Under the pieces are notes generated by a model. It did no database searches, was not told the origin of the DNA, and saw nothing but the letters and a program-made list of their open reading frames with translations. A stretch of DNA of 64,000 nt from contig NW_021831284.1 in the NCBI RefSeq assembly GCF_006345805.1, positions 310,001-374,000 of the forward strand, written 5' to 3'. This document shows positions 48,598 to 62,017 of this stretch, in pieces. The first letter of the stretch is position 1, and every line of letters starts with the position of its first letter. Position numbers and translations under genes: made by a program. Source of the stretch: Octopus sinensis (Eukaryota).

Positions 48598-51500
48598 TTA
48601 TGAGAAAACAGGCATTCTAATAATTGAAGGGGATATTGGGAAGTAAAAGACCTAAATCAAATTCTTCCGTAATTCATGGAAGCAAAATTGGAATAAACGT
48701 GACCTGAAACACTATTCAATAAATCATTCCATTTGTCTTTTCCCACATAATTGATAAACTCCCCAAAAAACTAAAAAAATAAATCAAATTTTTGATTACC
48801 AAAACAATTTTTGAAAGAAAGCCATCAGAAATATTCAACGAAAATAAAGCTTCACAGAATAGATTAAAATGATCCACCAAAGGAATTGGATTAACTTTCG
48901 AGACAATAAGCAGACCCCACATAGCTTCTTCTTTCCGGAAAATATCATTAACAGATCGAACAGCACACACCTTACATGAAACAATAAAAATACCAGGATT
49001 CTATAAAAGAAGATAAATGAGGAGAAATCTCATTCGGATAATAAACACATATTTGTCCCAGGGTGAGAGCTTAAAAATAATATTCCATCATAAAATACAT
49101 ATATTTCCATGCAATACGGAATTTGGGGCCGAGTAGTACAGGTTAATCAAATCTGAGATACATTGCGAAACATAACTGGGGGGAATTCCTTCTAAAATAT
49201 TTATTCCTAGCCAAAATATATACTGCAACCACTGACAAGCTTTCCGAGAGCGTAGACAGCATTATTTGAGACATTTATGGATTGGTGATCAATATGAGCG
49301 ATCAACAATTTCATAATCTCATCTTTTGTAAGTATAACAACAATACCGTAAATAGGGAAGATGGTGGATTGATTGTGGACGCTCAACTCTCCAATAAGAG
49401 TAAAAAGACTTCGCTTCCCGCCCAGACTTGGATCCTGTTAAAATGAGATAAAATATTTAACAATAGCTTCATTTTCTTCAATTTTTAAAAAACTAAAAAT
49501 AAGGCTAATGAGTTTGGAATCAAAAAAGAATTCAAATGGCCCGTCAAATATTCTAATAGCGATCCCAACGAGATCCATCCCAGCGCAGACTAATTCCCAA
49601 TTGACCTGTTCTTCTTTCACAAAAATCTATCAATACACAAAAATAATTAAAACGTCGAATCTGGAAAGTAAAATATCATATATTTTAAGAATGACAGCTC
49701 CAGAATATTCACATGCGATATTTCCAACAGTTTCAAACACAGTTGATACACACTATTCTAGAATGTCATAAAATACGTCAAAAAGAGGGATAATCGCTTC
49801 ATCTCTGTCATGATTATTAAATCTGCAGATTAGAAGCGGTAAAATCATATCACAGTGGTTCTAGAAATAATCAGATAAATCACCTTTTTACGAATTTCAG
49901 GACCAGCTGACAGATAAAGAGTCGATGTTATGTCATAAAGATTTATAATAATTTTTTTCTGTAAAATCAGCACAAACAATATACTTTATATTTCTGGAAC
50001 GCCAGAGAAATCGTATTTATTATTTTATCAATCAAAAAGTCAATACAACTACCAGACACTTCCTCAAAAATTGAAATAGCAGAACAGGCGGCAATCTGCA
50101 CTCTTTTATAATCATCCAAAACACAACACAAAATCTAAAAAAACTCAAAAACACTAAAAACTCTATCAATAAGGACAGAGAAGAACTCCTTATTTGTTTT
50201 GGTTACAATAGTGTTGGCATAACGACTCAGAGTCCAACAAGTTATGGAACGGACGAGAAAGGATTGGTGAGACAGACAATTGAGTAGATATGGCATCAAC
50301 GTGTCCAAATGTCTGTACATACTGAACACAGATCCATTAGATATTGCCCCGATTGCAAGTATTGCTGCTTCTTGCACAGCGAAATTATCGCATGAAAGCA
50401 TTTGTTGCAACTTTGGACTAATTTTGTCGAGAATTTCATTTTGGAAAACTCCCGAAAGACAGTCGAGTGAACTAGAGGCCGCTTTCCCTGAACTAATTAC
50501 TAAATGTAATAAACTCAGTGTCCATCCAGCAGAATCATTATAAAAATAATCATCGTCTTCCTCATTGAATAATTCCCCATCTTTGTGAAACTGGGGACAA
50601 ATCTCGTCATCATTTTCTTGTTCCACTGCCTTAAATAACATTTTATAAATCATACCATAAGACTGTCTAACTCATGTTGGGAATAATGCATGTGGTCGAG
50701 TAGGATTAAACAGACACGGGCAATGTAAGGAGAGAGAATATCCCTCGCCACATTCTCCCAGGAAACCACACTCGTCCAAAATTCACACGATTCAATAGCC
50801 ACATCAAGTTCATCGGTAATACAAAAAAGCAAGAACTAGAAAATATTAAATTAGTCAAATACATCAATTATCGGGCATATGTATTGAAAAATCAAATTTA
50901 AACATGAATATTGAATGGCTACTATCATAGAACATAAGCCTTTGCGAACTAGAGGGGACTGGTCGCCAAACATGGCCACAATAATCTACCAAAATTACTA
51001 AAATAAAAACAAACCTGACAAATTTCGTTAATATTTGACATAATTCTCGGATTTTGTGCGAATATTAGTTTTGTAGTACAAGACAGTGATTTTTCACTAC
51101 AAAAATCAAAAAATATTAAAACCGGATGGCAGGATTGTCTGATTTAAATTCAAAAATGCATTTCTCAATAAGAAAGTCCATCATTTGTGAATTATGTTCA
51201 AAACTAAGCTGGTTGATTGAATCTTGACACAAATTCTCAAGAATAGCCAATAAAGCCTAAAAAACCTGAAAAATAGTCCAAAACCAAAATTTGGTTATCG
51301 GTTAGTTGCATGTTGAAATAATTACAAAGAAATTGGAGGAATCCAGGCCAATTATCGAGTCCATTGACGGAAATATATTTTGAAACGATGCTGGCAATGC
51401 TTGACTGCAGAATTGGTGGCTCGATCATGAGATTTTGGGATAGTAAATCGAGCGTGTTTTCAATCGCAGAACTGTTTTCAGAATTATTAATACAGATATG

Positions 51501-51767
51501 TCCTTTTAATAAAAATGCAGCAAAATTTCTTGAATTTAGTTCTTTTATATATTTAATAAGTTTAAAAACCTGCTGATTCCATTTTGCATAATATATAGCA
51601 TAAGTAATATACAAATTCGGGTAGTTTTTGGAATTCTTGAGACATCTTTGAATATTTAAATATAATTTTGCCTCGATTGCAGCCTTTTGGGCTTCATTGC
51701 TTGGAATTCCAAATAAATCGAGCATTGTTAGTATTTCTTGTAGTTGTTCTTCTATCACAACAAACAT
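48598..51767 (-). CDS. TNPO1: Transportin-1 (karyopherin beta2), many micro-introns
   Basis: NWPGFL, DELDVAIESCEFW, acidic H8 loop (PQFH..EEDDDY..WTL), QEAAILAIGAI, LVRSITCWTLSRYA, AACSAI, YDIT..SVSWS, EEAMWGL. 3' end approximate. Confidence 0.93.
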
Positions 51768-52238
51768 TGTTTTAAATTATCTAATAAATTTATATTTCCA
51801 TTATAATGTTTATAAAATATAATAATATTAGGATTGGAAATGTTGATTTTAATTCTCAATAAGACCGCAGATTGGGTATCATTTTTTGGTGTTTTCTGAT
51901 TCGGTAATAACTATATTTTAAAAACTATTTTTAGCATAATTTTGTACATGTTTTGTCTGGATATTTCAAAAAAAATGTAAATAATATTCCTGGGTCTTTA
52001 AATTGTTATTTCCGCGTTCTATTATAAAGTTGGACATTGTTTTCCATTACACCAATCATTTTTGATAACTTTTTGTTAAAATGGCCATTTTTAGAGTCAT
52101 TTAATTTTAGAAATAGATATTGTATTTGTATTTCAGTTTCGGATGCCTTTTCAATATGCTGACAACATATGGACTACCTTCCTCTTTCGACTATTCAAAT
52201 ACAAAATTCTATCATTTTAAATATTCTCTGATTCTCTA

Positions 52239-52910
52239 CTATTTTTTTTTTTAAACCAATAATAATTAATAGTTAATCAGAAACTAAGCAGATCTCACTC
52301 CAGCTCGCTGATATCCACTCTCCTTCTCTTGGAAGAAGAGTCTACTTCCAGCTGCCTCTTACTCCCCACTACCACATCTGATTCAACCATTGCATCTTCT
52401 TTGCATTCATTGGGTCGTCTTCATTTTTGCATGCCATCTCCACATACCGGTTGGAAGCAGAAGCGTATTCTTCACCAGATACCTTCATTCCGTGCTTGTG
52501 TTCGATCATCATACTCTCGAGCGTTCTTTCAGTACAACGGATTGGATGTATGTCCTCATTCCTGCTTCAATAGATAGTTTCTTCATATAATTTTTGAAGC
52601 ATTTCGAGACAACTCCATCCCATGTCATAACCACAGGAATTATTTTTACTTGACAGCTATACAGAAGCGAAAGCTCACTTGCCAATAGGTCATACTTGTG
52701 ACACTTTTCAACCTCCACTTGCTGAGGCGATCCTGTGAAGTAATACCCACTTCAATTAGATTTATTTCGTTTCTGACTTTGCCGTGGACAAAGATATCTG
52801 GCTTGTTATATTCTACTTTTGTTTCGGTGAGAATTGTAGAATCAACCCTGATTTCAACTTTTCCCGTCGACAGTGTTGACTGAACAGAATGTCCCTTCAA
52901 TCGTCTTGCT
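52239..52910 (-). mobile_element. 3' RLE fragment of an R4/Dong-like non-LTR retrotransposon
   Basis: YNKPDIFV..LIEVGIT..EKCHKYDLLASEL..IIPVVMTWDG..YIQSVVLK; poly(A) on the minus strand at ~52239-52251. Confidence 0.8.
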
Positions 52911-53206
52911 TTTTTGATTCTCTACTATAATTTTGGCTTCTTTTAATATTTTGTAAAGATTTAATCATTTTAGATATTCTCTAATGCTACGTTTCTTATT
53001 TATGGCTCAATCATAAAATATTCTCTAAAAAATTGTCATTTTAATATCTTAATGGATTTTGTAAAACTTGAGTCTATGTTTAACAGGAATTTATGAATCA
53101 CTGGAAACAATTTGTTCATACTTTTATCAAAAAATGTTAATTTTTTTTTATTTTAATAAAACTATTTTTTAATAAATACTTATTTTATTTGTGGTTGTGA
53201 ACCTAA

Positions 53207-54363
53207 ATGAAAACACTTGAAGAGCAAGAGAAAATTAAAAAATTACTGCTTGGTGCGAAAGTATAAAATTAATAATTTTTAAAGGAAAAACTTCAAAATA
53301 ATTTATCCAACAATCCCATTTCTTTTAATCTTCTAACCGGAAAAGTATCAAAATATATTTTATTCAAAATTAAGACAGAAAATTCACATACAAAATACGC
53401 ACAACAAATGGAAGAAGAGTACGATCCATTACGTCCCAACGACTACGCTATATTTTTCAGAAAAATGATCGAGAATAAACGTTATATTCAATCCCTTAAG
53501 GAAAAATCAAATACTGAGTATATATTTATATATATTTATACTAGTTTAATAACGAATAACAAAAATAACGATTCAGACTACACTACACCACCTCAGCATA
53601 AGAATGTCGAAATTCCAAGCACTCCACTATTAAAAAATACAGGTTAAATTTACAAAAAAACAAATAAAATTCACAAATAAAAATTTATAAAATTTATGAT
53701 AGTAACGAATTATTCAAATGCCGAGATTTCTGCAAAGAAGGTTGCTAATCCACCTGCTGTAAAATCGTGTGATAAAATTGATGTTGCGAAAAAAATTATG
53801 GAAAAAATGGGGTACAAGGCTGGACAGGGATTGGGGAAAAAAGACCAGGGGATAAACACTGCACTCAAATTTGAACGCACCACGTCAAAATTTGGAAAAA
53901 TTGTTCAGCAAAGTGATTCAGTTATAAAAACTCCGTCAATTCCAGGTTTTTGTATTTTTGAACAATTTAGAGCCCGATAATAATTATCCTTCCAATTTTT
54001 TAAAAAATCCAACAAAAGTCGTCGTTTTGCTGGTTTTGTGGAGTTTAGAATAGTTTTTTAGAACTTGGTCCCACCGGGAACAGTCGACGAGGAATTGCAA
54101 ATCGAGACGGTGGAAGAATGTTCCAAATTCGGGGAAATCACCAAGTTTCACATATTCGAAGTAATTTAGTTAATTCACTAATTTGGTAGATTCCTGAACA
54201 TGGGGACGAAGCTGTGAGGATTTTTGTTGAATTTGAAAAAATTGACTCCGCAATTAAGGCTGTCAACGGAATGAATGATCGCTATTTTGGTGGACGTAAA
54301 GTCAAGGCTCGGTTTTATAATTTGGACCGCTTTCGAAGACATGATTTTAGTCATCGTATTTAA
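53207..54363 (+). CDS. RBM17: Splicing factor SPF45
   Basis: EEYDPLRPNDY, G-patch VAKKIMEKMGYKAGQGLGKKDQG, UHM VDEELQIETVEECSKFG..EAVRIFVEF..AIKAV..RYFGGR.VKARFY. Confidence 0.95.
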
Positions 54364-54499
54364 TTATTATTTTTTCATTTCTTTTTAATATGAAATCATC
54401 AATAAATGTGATTTATTGGCTGGTGAATTTAAAATTAATACGACCAATTGTGAACATAATGGTTATTGTTATATCCTTGGAAAGTTATTTTAACGTATA

Positions 54500-55253
54500 A
54501 GTTCCAGAAGACTGGAACCACGTCATTTTTTCTGACCAATGCCGCATTCGGCTAGTTCAACTTTCAAGACAGTATGTCAGAAGGCCCCCAGACAAAAAAT
54601 TACATCCAAAAAATGTCACAGAAACTATAAAATATCCGCTCTCTTACGATTTGGGGAGCGATAAAAAGTAATGGAGAAAAAACAATCATTTTATGTCGCT
54701 CGAATGTAAACTCACTTGAATATCAATGAATTTTAAGTTGTACAAGGAAGAGTAGCTTCTTCAGCAAGACAAAGCGACCTGTCATAAATTTACGTCAACG
54801 AAAATTACTTCACTAAAAATCAAAAATCTATGGTTTGTTTTACAAAATAGAATGAGAAACGTCAATACGTCATCAATTCAGGAATTATCGAGTGAGTTAA
54901 AAAATGCATGGAATAACATCGACAATGATGTCATTGTAAGACTTTTTGAATCCATTCCGAAAGAATTTCTTAAGTAATATGAATAAAGTCGGAACTACAA
55001 AATATTGACTTATTAAATAAAATTAAATTTGATTTTTTTGCGTTTTTAAAAGGATGCCTCTAATATATATGGACAGATTGTTTTTTCCCATTTTCTAAAT
55101 TGCCAGAAATATTCCATCGAGGTCCTTATAATTGTTGCAAACGGATAGATCTTAGGCAAAAAATTATTTTATTCTTGTAGACTTATCGAAATTTTGCCAC
55201 AAATATGAATTTTAGTTAAAAAATAGGGTGCCTCTAATATTTTCCCGGAACTG
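54500..55253 (+). mobile_element. 5'-truncated Tc1-like remnant
   Basis: DWNHVIFSD, LTIWGAI, VNSLEYQ and QQDKATCH fragments; right end ..CCGGAACTG followed by TA. Confidence 0.7.
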
Positions 55254-55263
55254 TAGTTGTGGA

Positions 55264-56532
55264 CAGTGTTCCCTCTAAGCGAGTGGTAGCTATGCGCGCT
55301 GGGCACATTGCATTGTGCAGCGTTATAAAGTGACGTGTGCAAAAAATTTTTGGGGGGGAGGAAAATTTTACAATTAAAAAACCAATGGTTAAAAAAATAG
55401 GTCTAGTCAATTGGATATTCTCTTCTGTTTTTATTTTGCATCCAAAATTTGTATACTCGATCAAGATCCACTGTATTCCCACTTGTTAAATAGAACTTGA
55501 TTCGCATGATCATCTCCAAATGGTCAATCTCAAGTCTATTACGTAGTTTAGTTTTGATACAGTTCATCAAACTAAATCCACGTTCAGCATCAGCACTCGA
55601 CGCTTGAAATGTGCCACAAATATCCACAAATGTTGCAGTGGCTGAAAATTTTTTCTCCGCTAGTATATAGTAAATTACATCTTCAAATGTTTTCAAAGCA
55701 CCAGAGTGCAGTTTTTCTTTTAAAATAAACTTGAGATCTGTATATTCCGACTGCAGTTTTATGAGTGGGACTCCTGAAGAGAGTAAATTTTCATATTTTT
55801 TCGCTAATTTAATTATCTCCTCTTTTCCAAATTCAAAGTTTGTCTGATTTTGAATTGCTTGAGTGTCAAATGCTACCCATTCTCTTAATTCGTCAGCTGG
55901 AAATCTTTCTTGTAAATGCAGATAAACATGCTCGATAAAGCATAGAATTTCATCTGTATTTGTATCTCCATAACCAGTTGTTGATAACAACATCTTCACA
56001 CTGTCACTCCAGTAAATTTCATTTCCATCCAAATATTGAGATTTCAGCTTCGAAATTTTTGCTCTGGCAAACTGTACAGCTTCTATGGTCGATATACAGC
56101 TTCTTTGGAAAACTGTGCACAAATCTGCTAATTCAGCCAAAATTTCATTTAAGACAGTTAAAGCAACATGAATAAGAGGATTCTTTAGCGTCGCCACATA
56201 TTTTACAAACAACTCCGCAGTCTTCGGAAAAACTAAAAATATCACCCAGTTGCACATGTTGGGGAATTTTTGAATCTGGTGTTAAGGTTTCGACGTACTC
56301 TATCAACCATTCCGGCTTAAAAGAAGGAGAATTTTTCTTAAGTCTCATATCAATATTATAGACACGTTTTCGTTTTGAAATGAAAATAAGAATATATAAA
56401 TTCATATAAAAAATTAAAAAAAATAGCAATTTTTAATATTATACTTTCTACTGCGCAGAAAAAAATTTCGCTGCGCAGCAAGGTGCAAACTGCTGCGCGG
56501 CCGCGCACGCGCGCAGCTTAGAGGGAACACTG
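55264..56532 (-). mobile_element. Internally deleted hAT element (ZNF862-like transposase)
   Basis: Perfect 16-bp TIRs CAGTGTTCCCTCTAAG; near-TSD GTTGTGGA/GTTAGTGGA; N-terminal CKIC fragment joined out of frame to the C-terminal dimerisation domain SSADAERGFSLMN.IKTKLRNRL. Confidence 0.92.
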
Positions 56533-56546
56533 GTTAGTGGACCTAC

Positions 56547-56741
56547 AGTGAAGTTAGTGATTCACCACTTAAGGAAAAGTGTTTAACTCGTCCTATACTA
56601 TCAGGGTGAATGTTAAGTAACGAATTTCCCATTTTTGGGCAGATGAGCTTATTAACAGTTAAGTGCCAACAATGAAGTTAGTCTTTCATTACGTAAGGAA
56701 AAGTGTTTAACTCGTCCTATATGATCAGGGTGAATGTCTGA
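56547..56741. repeat. Tandem duplicate (period 124 bp) of a ~67-nt potentially structured unit
   Basis: Identical 28-nt core TAAGGAAAAGTGTTTAACTCGTCCTATA in both copies; both continue into TCAGGGTGAATGT. Confidence 0.85.
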
Positions 56742-57109
56742 AGGCTGGTGGTAGGCTTTATTCTCTATTATGTTTTAACAGCCTTTTTTAATATAATGTA
56801 CACAGGTCTATACCCTCAAACAGTTTGAAACTAGATTTTTAGACAAGGAAGTATATAGTCGGCGGCAACAAATACTTGCAAACGTAATGATGGATTTCAA
56901 GCAGTTAGAAAGGATAACTATTTGTCTTCAACAATGTAATATCTGATATTTAAAAAGACACGTTCAATGTAAATTCTTCAAAGTTGCTGAAGATTTAGTT
57001 TTTACTAGTTGTTGGAGGAGTACATTTATATGATTTTGGAATTTATTATCATTTTCACGTAACCTAAGGATTGAGACTATAATGATATAAAATCTTTTAT
57101 ACGATTACA

Positions 57110-57700
57110 CTAATCGAAATTGGAATAACTTCGCAGCAAATTCTTAAAAAAGTCGAAGTCGAAAAATCCCACAAGTATGATCTCTTAGCAAGTGAATTGG
57201 CTTTAATCCACAAAGCAAAAGTGAATATAGTACCCATAGTATTAACGTGGGATGCCATTGTCAGTAAATACTACAAACAATACCAGAATGGTCTGAAAAT
57301 TAAGTACCCTGTAAGAGCATACATCCAAACTATTATCATGAAGAAGACTCTTGAAAGTATGTGCATCGATTATAAACATGGAATGATGTCCCAAGAGGAC
57401 GACGGTTTTGAAGAAAATATAACTTTCCTTGATAACAACATAAATCAGAAACTCGACAAAACCGACTTAATGACGGGAGCATTTGAAAAAGAGCCCTACT
57501 CCTATAATAACATTAATAGAGAGGAAGAGCGATGGAACTATGAATTGGAACCTGATGAAAGTCGTCTCATCCGGGAAAAGAAGAATGATCCTTTAGATTG
57601 CCTAAAAGAAGTTTGGAGACCGGTCAAGGTTGTCCGTGTTGGGGCAAAGAGGAGGATGGTCTATTGAGCTGGAAATTCGTTTAATTAGTTTAATATCACT
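57110..57700 (+). mobile_element. 3' RLE fragment of an R4/Dong-like non-LTR retrotransposon
   Basis: EKSHKYDLLASELALIH..IVPIVLTWDAIVSKYY..YIQTIIMKKTLESM; same family as 52239-52910. Confidence 0.8.
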
Positions 57701-57919
57701 TTTAACTAATTTAATTTCTTTTAATATTTTTTTAATTATAAGAATTATTTGACATCGGAATTTTATAATTTATTTTAATTGTTCATCGGTCAAGTACGTT
57801 TGCGTATAAACTATAAAAGCTGCATATTCGCCTCAAATACTTTAAAATTAAACACATAAATTAGAGGATAATTATAGCAGTAAAATGCCAATTATTTCCT
57901 AGTGCTTATATTCGGAGAT

Positions 57920-59111
57920 GATTACTTTGACAATTTTGCCGTGTCTGTATCTCTTGAAATTGACCTGGCTGATATTGTTGCTAGATTAACATCCGATGTG
58001 ATTGTTAAAGATATAAAGATTCACGAAATTGGTAGTCTAAATAGTTGCATTTGATAGATGAGAATATTGACATTATCCGCAATACTCGATATTTTATAAT
58101 GGATCCCGGCGTCTATAAATTTATGAAGGATAAAATTGCATCTGCTGTATGGATACAGTCTACGTTTGCTGGAATTGATGCTTTTTTTACCAATGGAATT
58201 TCCGTAAATATGCAAATATTTATGGTCTAGAACACGGAAATACAGCTTACTCGATTTTGTGGAGATTTGGGAAACGTAATGGCCGAGTATGTCATATCTC
58301 AACTCATCTCATATGAGAGGAGGTTTCGGTATGCGAATTTGCTCCAAGAAAAAAAAATTTGGTAATTTTTGAATTAAAAATGTCATCAAAGGAGTCTTAC
58401 TGAGTTTCTTACGTATAGATCATTAAATAAGAAAACAATTGGTATTTTAGGTTTGGGAATTATTGGAAAACAAGGTTTAGTATCTTTATTATTTTTGATT
58501 AGTGGCCAAAATATGCAAAGCTTTTGGAATGAAAGTAATAGCAATGAAGAGGACGATTGGTCCCGAAGAAAAATATGAATTTATTGACAAATTATGGCAT
58601 TTTATTTAAAGTATTTATTTTGCAGTTTGAGCGATAAATTAATTGAATTATTAAAAAATTGTGACTACGTTTGCAATATTTTGCCTTCAACTTTAGAAAC
58701 GGATGGAATTTTGAACTCAGTTCTTCATCATTGTGGAATGAAAGTATTTAGACGATCTATAATTTGTAGAAAACGGTCTTTATTAATGTTGGAAGAGGAA
58801 ATGTCATAACAGATGAATCTTTGATTAAAGCTCTCAAGTTATTATTATTTACGTCATATTTATAGAAACAATTGGATTGATGGGGCTATTCTTGATGTAT
58901 TTCAAAAAGAACCACTCTCAAAAGACAGTGAATTGTGGTCAATGCCAAATGTTATAATTACACCTCACGTAGCTGCTGTTGCTGACAAAAATGAAGTATT
59001 GTATTTTGAATTAATTTTTTAAAGGTTGCAGAATTGTTTGTTGATAATTTCAGTTTGATAAAAAAAGGTTTGCCGATGAAATTCTTGGCCAGTAAAACGA
59101 CTAGATATTAA
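57920..59111 (+). CDS. D-isomer-specific 2-hydroxyacid dehydrogenase (glyoxylate/hydroxypyruvate reductase A-like); start uncertain
   Basis: WIQSTFAGID, MAEYV, Rossmann TIGILGLGIIG, KAFGMKVIA, CDYVCNILPST, GAILDVFQKEPL..LWSMPNVIITPHVAA. Confidence 0.9.
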
Positions 59112-59365
59112 TAACTTTTTAAAAATGGAATTTTTTTTGCATAACCCTCAAAAATAATTAAAATATCTTCAAAATTAAAACGTTTATATAGGATTGTAAA
59201 ATACAAATTTTGAAAAATAAATTCATACTTTCAAATTATTTTAAATTTAAAGTATTTAGAGAAATATTTCGATATACCACGTATAAGTTAGATATTTGGC
59301 TAAACCGCAAACAAGCAAAAACCGATAATATTTATTTTTAAACCAATAGTGAATTTAATACTAAA

Positions 59366-60862
59366 TTATTTTATGTTAATTTTAACACTAATAAATAGTG
59401 TATTGTCGATTAAATAATTACTGTTTTGCAATTTTTGATGATGTATAAATTTGGTTATTCCAAAACCAGGATTATACTGGTTGCTAGGTTTCTCTAAAAA
59501 ATCTAAATTTTCTTTGCATAAATGAGGAATAAAAGCTTTTTCATATTTTTCTTCTTTACTGGAAAGCAGTTGCAAGACAATTTCGTGATCAAAAGGCCAT
59601 TTAAGAATATTGTCATATTCCCCTTGATTAATAGAAACGAATAAAGATAAATATTTTCCATAACCTGGCATATTAAATTATTGTTTACCATCCCCTTCTC
59701 CATATGGAAATAAACGAAGATTCATTTTATAGCCGTATTTGTGAGAGTAGAAAGGAATGCTTGAAATAAGTACTTTTTTCTCAGCCTTGGCTAACATGAA
59801 TTTTTTATTGAAATTTGAAATTGGCCAAATAAATGAAGAGTTGTTTAATGACAGTAAAACTATTTGATTATTTAGAGTTTTCTATATATTTAAAATGAAA
59901 AATTAACCTCTTGGTTTTTTAATGTATCTTGAATCATATTTTCCAATAATTCAAACTTTTTTTGATATTTAAGTATAATTTCAGCAAAATCTTCTGTATG
60001 AACTTCTAAATTATCTTTTATGTGTTTATTTAGTTCACGCCTTTTAAACTGTTAGAAACGATTTAGTTAGTAAAGTAACTTTTTTAAAACAGCTATCAAA
60101 CGGACACATAATTTCAAATTCTTTACAACTTAATTTTCTGTGTCTATCAAGCTTTAAGAAATAATATTAAATTAAAACCATTTCTCTTTCGATGTTATTA
60201 ACATTACATAATTCACAGTTGACAAGATGTTTTTTGCAAACAGCAAAATGGTCATTTAATAAACGGAATTGGACTAATTCTTCGCACAATGGACATTTAG
60301 TTAGTCTATGGGAGCATTCAGTAGTAGCATGTTGGGAAATTGCATTTCGTGTGGCCATTTTCCCACATTCATTTGGACAGTATATTTCAACAAAATCACA
60401 TGAATTCAAATGTATCTGCAAGTAAAATATATTTTCAGTTGTACATACACTCAGCTCTTTAATTTTTCCATACCACATGCATCCGGCATTCGAATATGAG
60501 CACATTACTGTCAAATTGTTTATTTTTTTGCCGAGGAAATGATCAGGCTTTAACTAATTAATTATAAAAATGAAACAAACATTTGAAAGTGTAATTTTAG
60601 TTTGGTCAAATGGACAAATCATATTTGTTCTATTAAAATAAAATGATAATTAAAAACAAAACTCTTTGAAATCCGAAAGACACTTTGTACAAATATGGTG
60701 AGAGCATTCTTGTAGTTTTAATGGATAACGGAGTCTTTGAAAACAAAATATGCAATTATATTTATCTTTCCATTCATCCAAAAAAATCAAAGATTCGGAG
60801 TATCTATAAATTATAAAATTTAGTAAATCACTTATTTTCACTTTTTGTAAATTTTTCGCCAT
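59366..60862 (-). CDS. TNF receptor-associated factor (RING, TRAF zinc fingers, coiled coil, MATH); TRAF4/6-like
   Basis: RING CIFC..CSHHICTKC; zinc fingers CPNEC..H..ECSHR..CPLC; MATH PFYSHKYGYK..YLSLFV..GEYDNILKWPF..GFGITKFI..YLIDNTLFI. Confidence 0.92.
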
Positions 60863-62017
60863 TTTCACCAATAATATCAAAAGAATTGTCGATATTAACC
60901 TCCTAAAAATAATTGTGAACTGAATCAACATTCATATTAGAACAGATTTCGTGTATTAATAAATATTAAATTGTCAAAACATTTTATATAAGTATGTTTT
61001 AATTAATAATGCCAACAGATATTGTAATTAAGATTTCATTGATTTTATAATGGATTATTATAGTTTTACAAAAATATCTGTTCTAAAATCTGATGGAAAT
61101 CTGTTAATAACCGTTAAATGTCGATATTGGGTAACATTTAATTTGTACAGTTTGGCACTCAATTTTTCTTATATAACAAAATTATTCTGATTAAATGTTA
61201 CACCATACACAATTGATTATTTATGTAAAATCAATATATTATAAAAACATATTTTTTGAGAAAATAAACAATAAATTGGATTATAATCTGATTTTGAAAT
61301 ATAATAATTTGAAAATCTTAAAAATATGAGATACCTAAATATTTTATACGCTTTTCTGATTAAAAGGTTTATTTAGTAGATTGAGAAATGAAGAAATATA
61401 ATTTTTTAACATTTGGAATTAATATTATCTATAAAAAGTAACGAATGGTGCATAAAAACGACAAATGGAAAATTAGTTAATGATCAGATAGTATAATATA
61501 TAACCTCGTCAGGATCTGGATATTCGGAAGGTGAGTCAAAACTTTCTGTAGTTGTAATTCGGGCTATCATGACTCAAATCGATTTTAATGAAACCGCATT
61601 AATCAGGAAAAAAAAGAAGCCGGCGAACATTGATATTATGTTTTTTTCAAAAATTGTCTAAATGTCTAAAAAAAATTTTCCTTGCAATAAATAATACAAT
61701 GATACCGATGTGCTAATGTAGATAGTCTCTACTTCAAAATTTCTGAAATATCTGAATTCTATTTATTGAGTCATTATTATATAAAAACATAATAAGCAAT
61801 GGAAATTTGCCTGTATGATTTATTCTATTTTTCAATAACAGAAAAAGATCAGATTTTGGACTCAGCCACTCACTTTTTTTAAATAACCTTAGAAAAAATT
61901 CATTTTAATAATATAATAATATATATTTTACTTTCAATATTTTGGTATATATAAATTATGAAATATTGCCTTGTTCTCATCCCTTGTTGGTTATTAACAT
62001 TAATTTACGTAAAGATA

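Noticed and set aside
57920-59111. Bacterial horizontal transfer of a GhrA-like dehydrogenase
   Set aside because: The gene has several host-type introns and host composition, and I recall this family also occurring in animals; nothing in the sequence supports recent HGT.
61490-61640. Signal-peptide-like frame MFAGFFFFLINAVSLKSI*VMIARITTT with an in-frame TGA (selenoprotein or readthrough?)
   Set aside because: Short, with no SECIS or homology seen; chance or an assembly indel is more likely.
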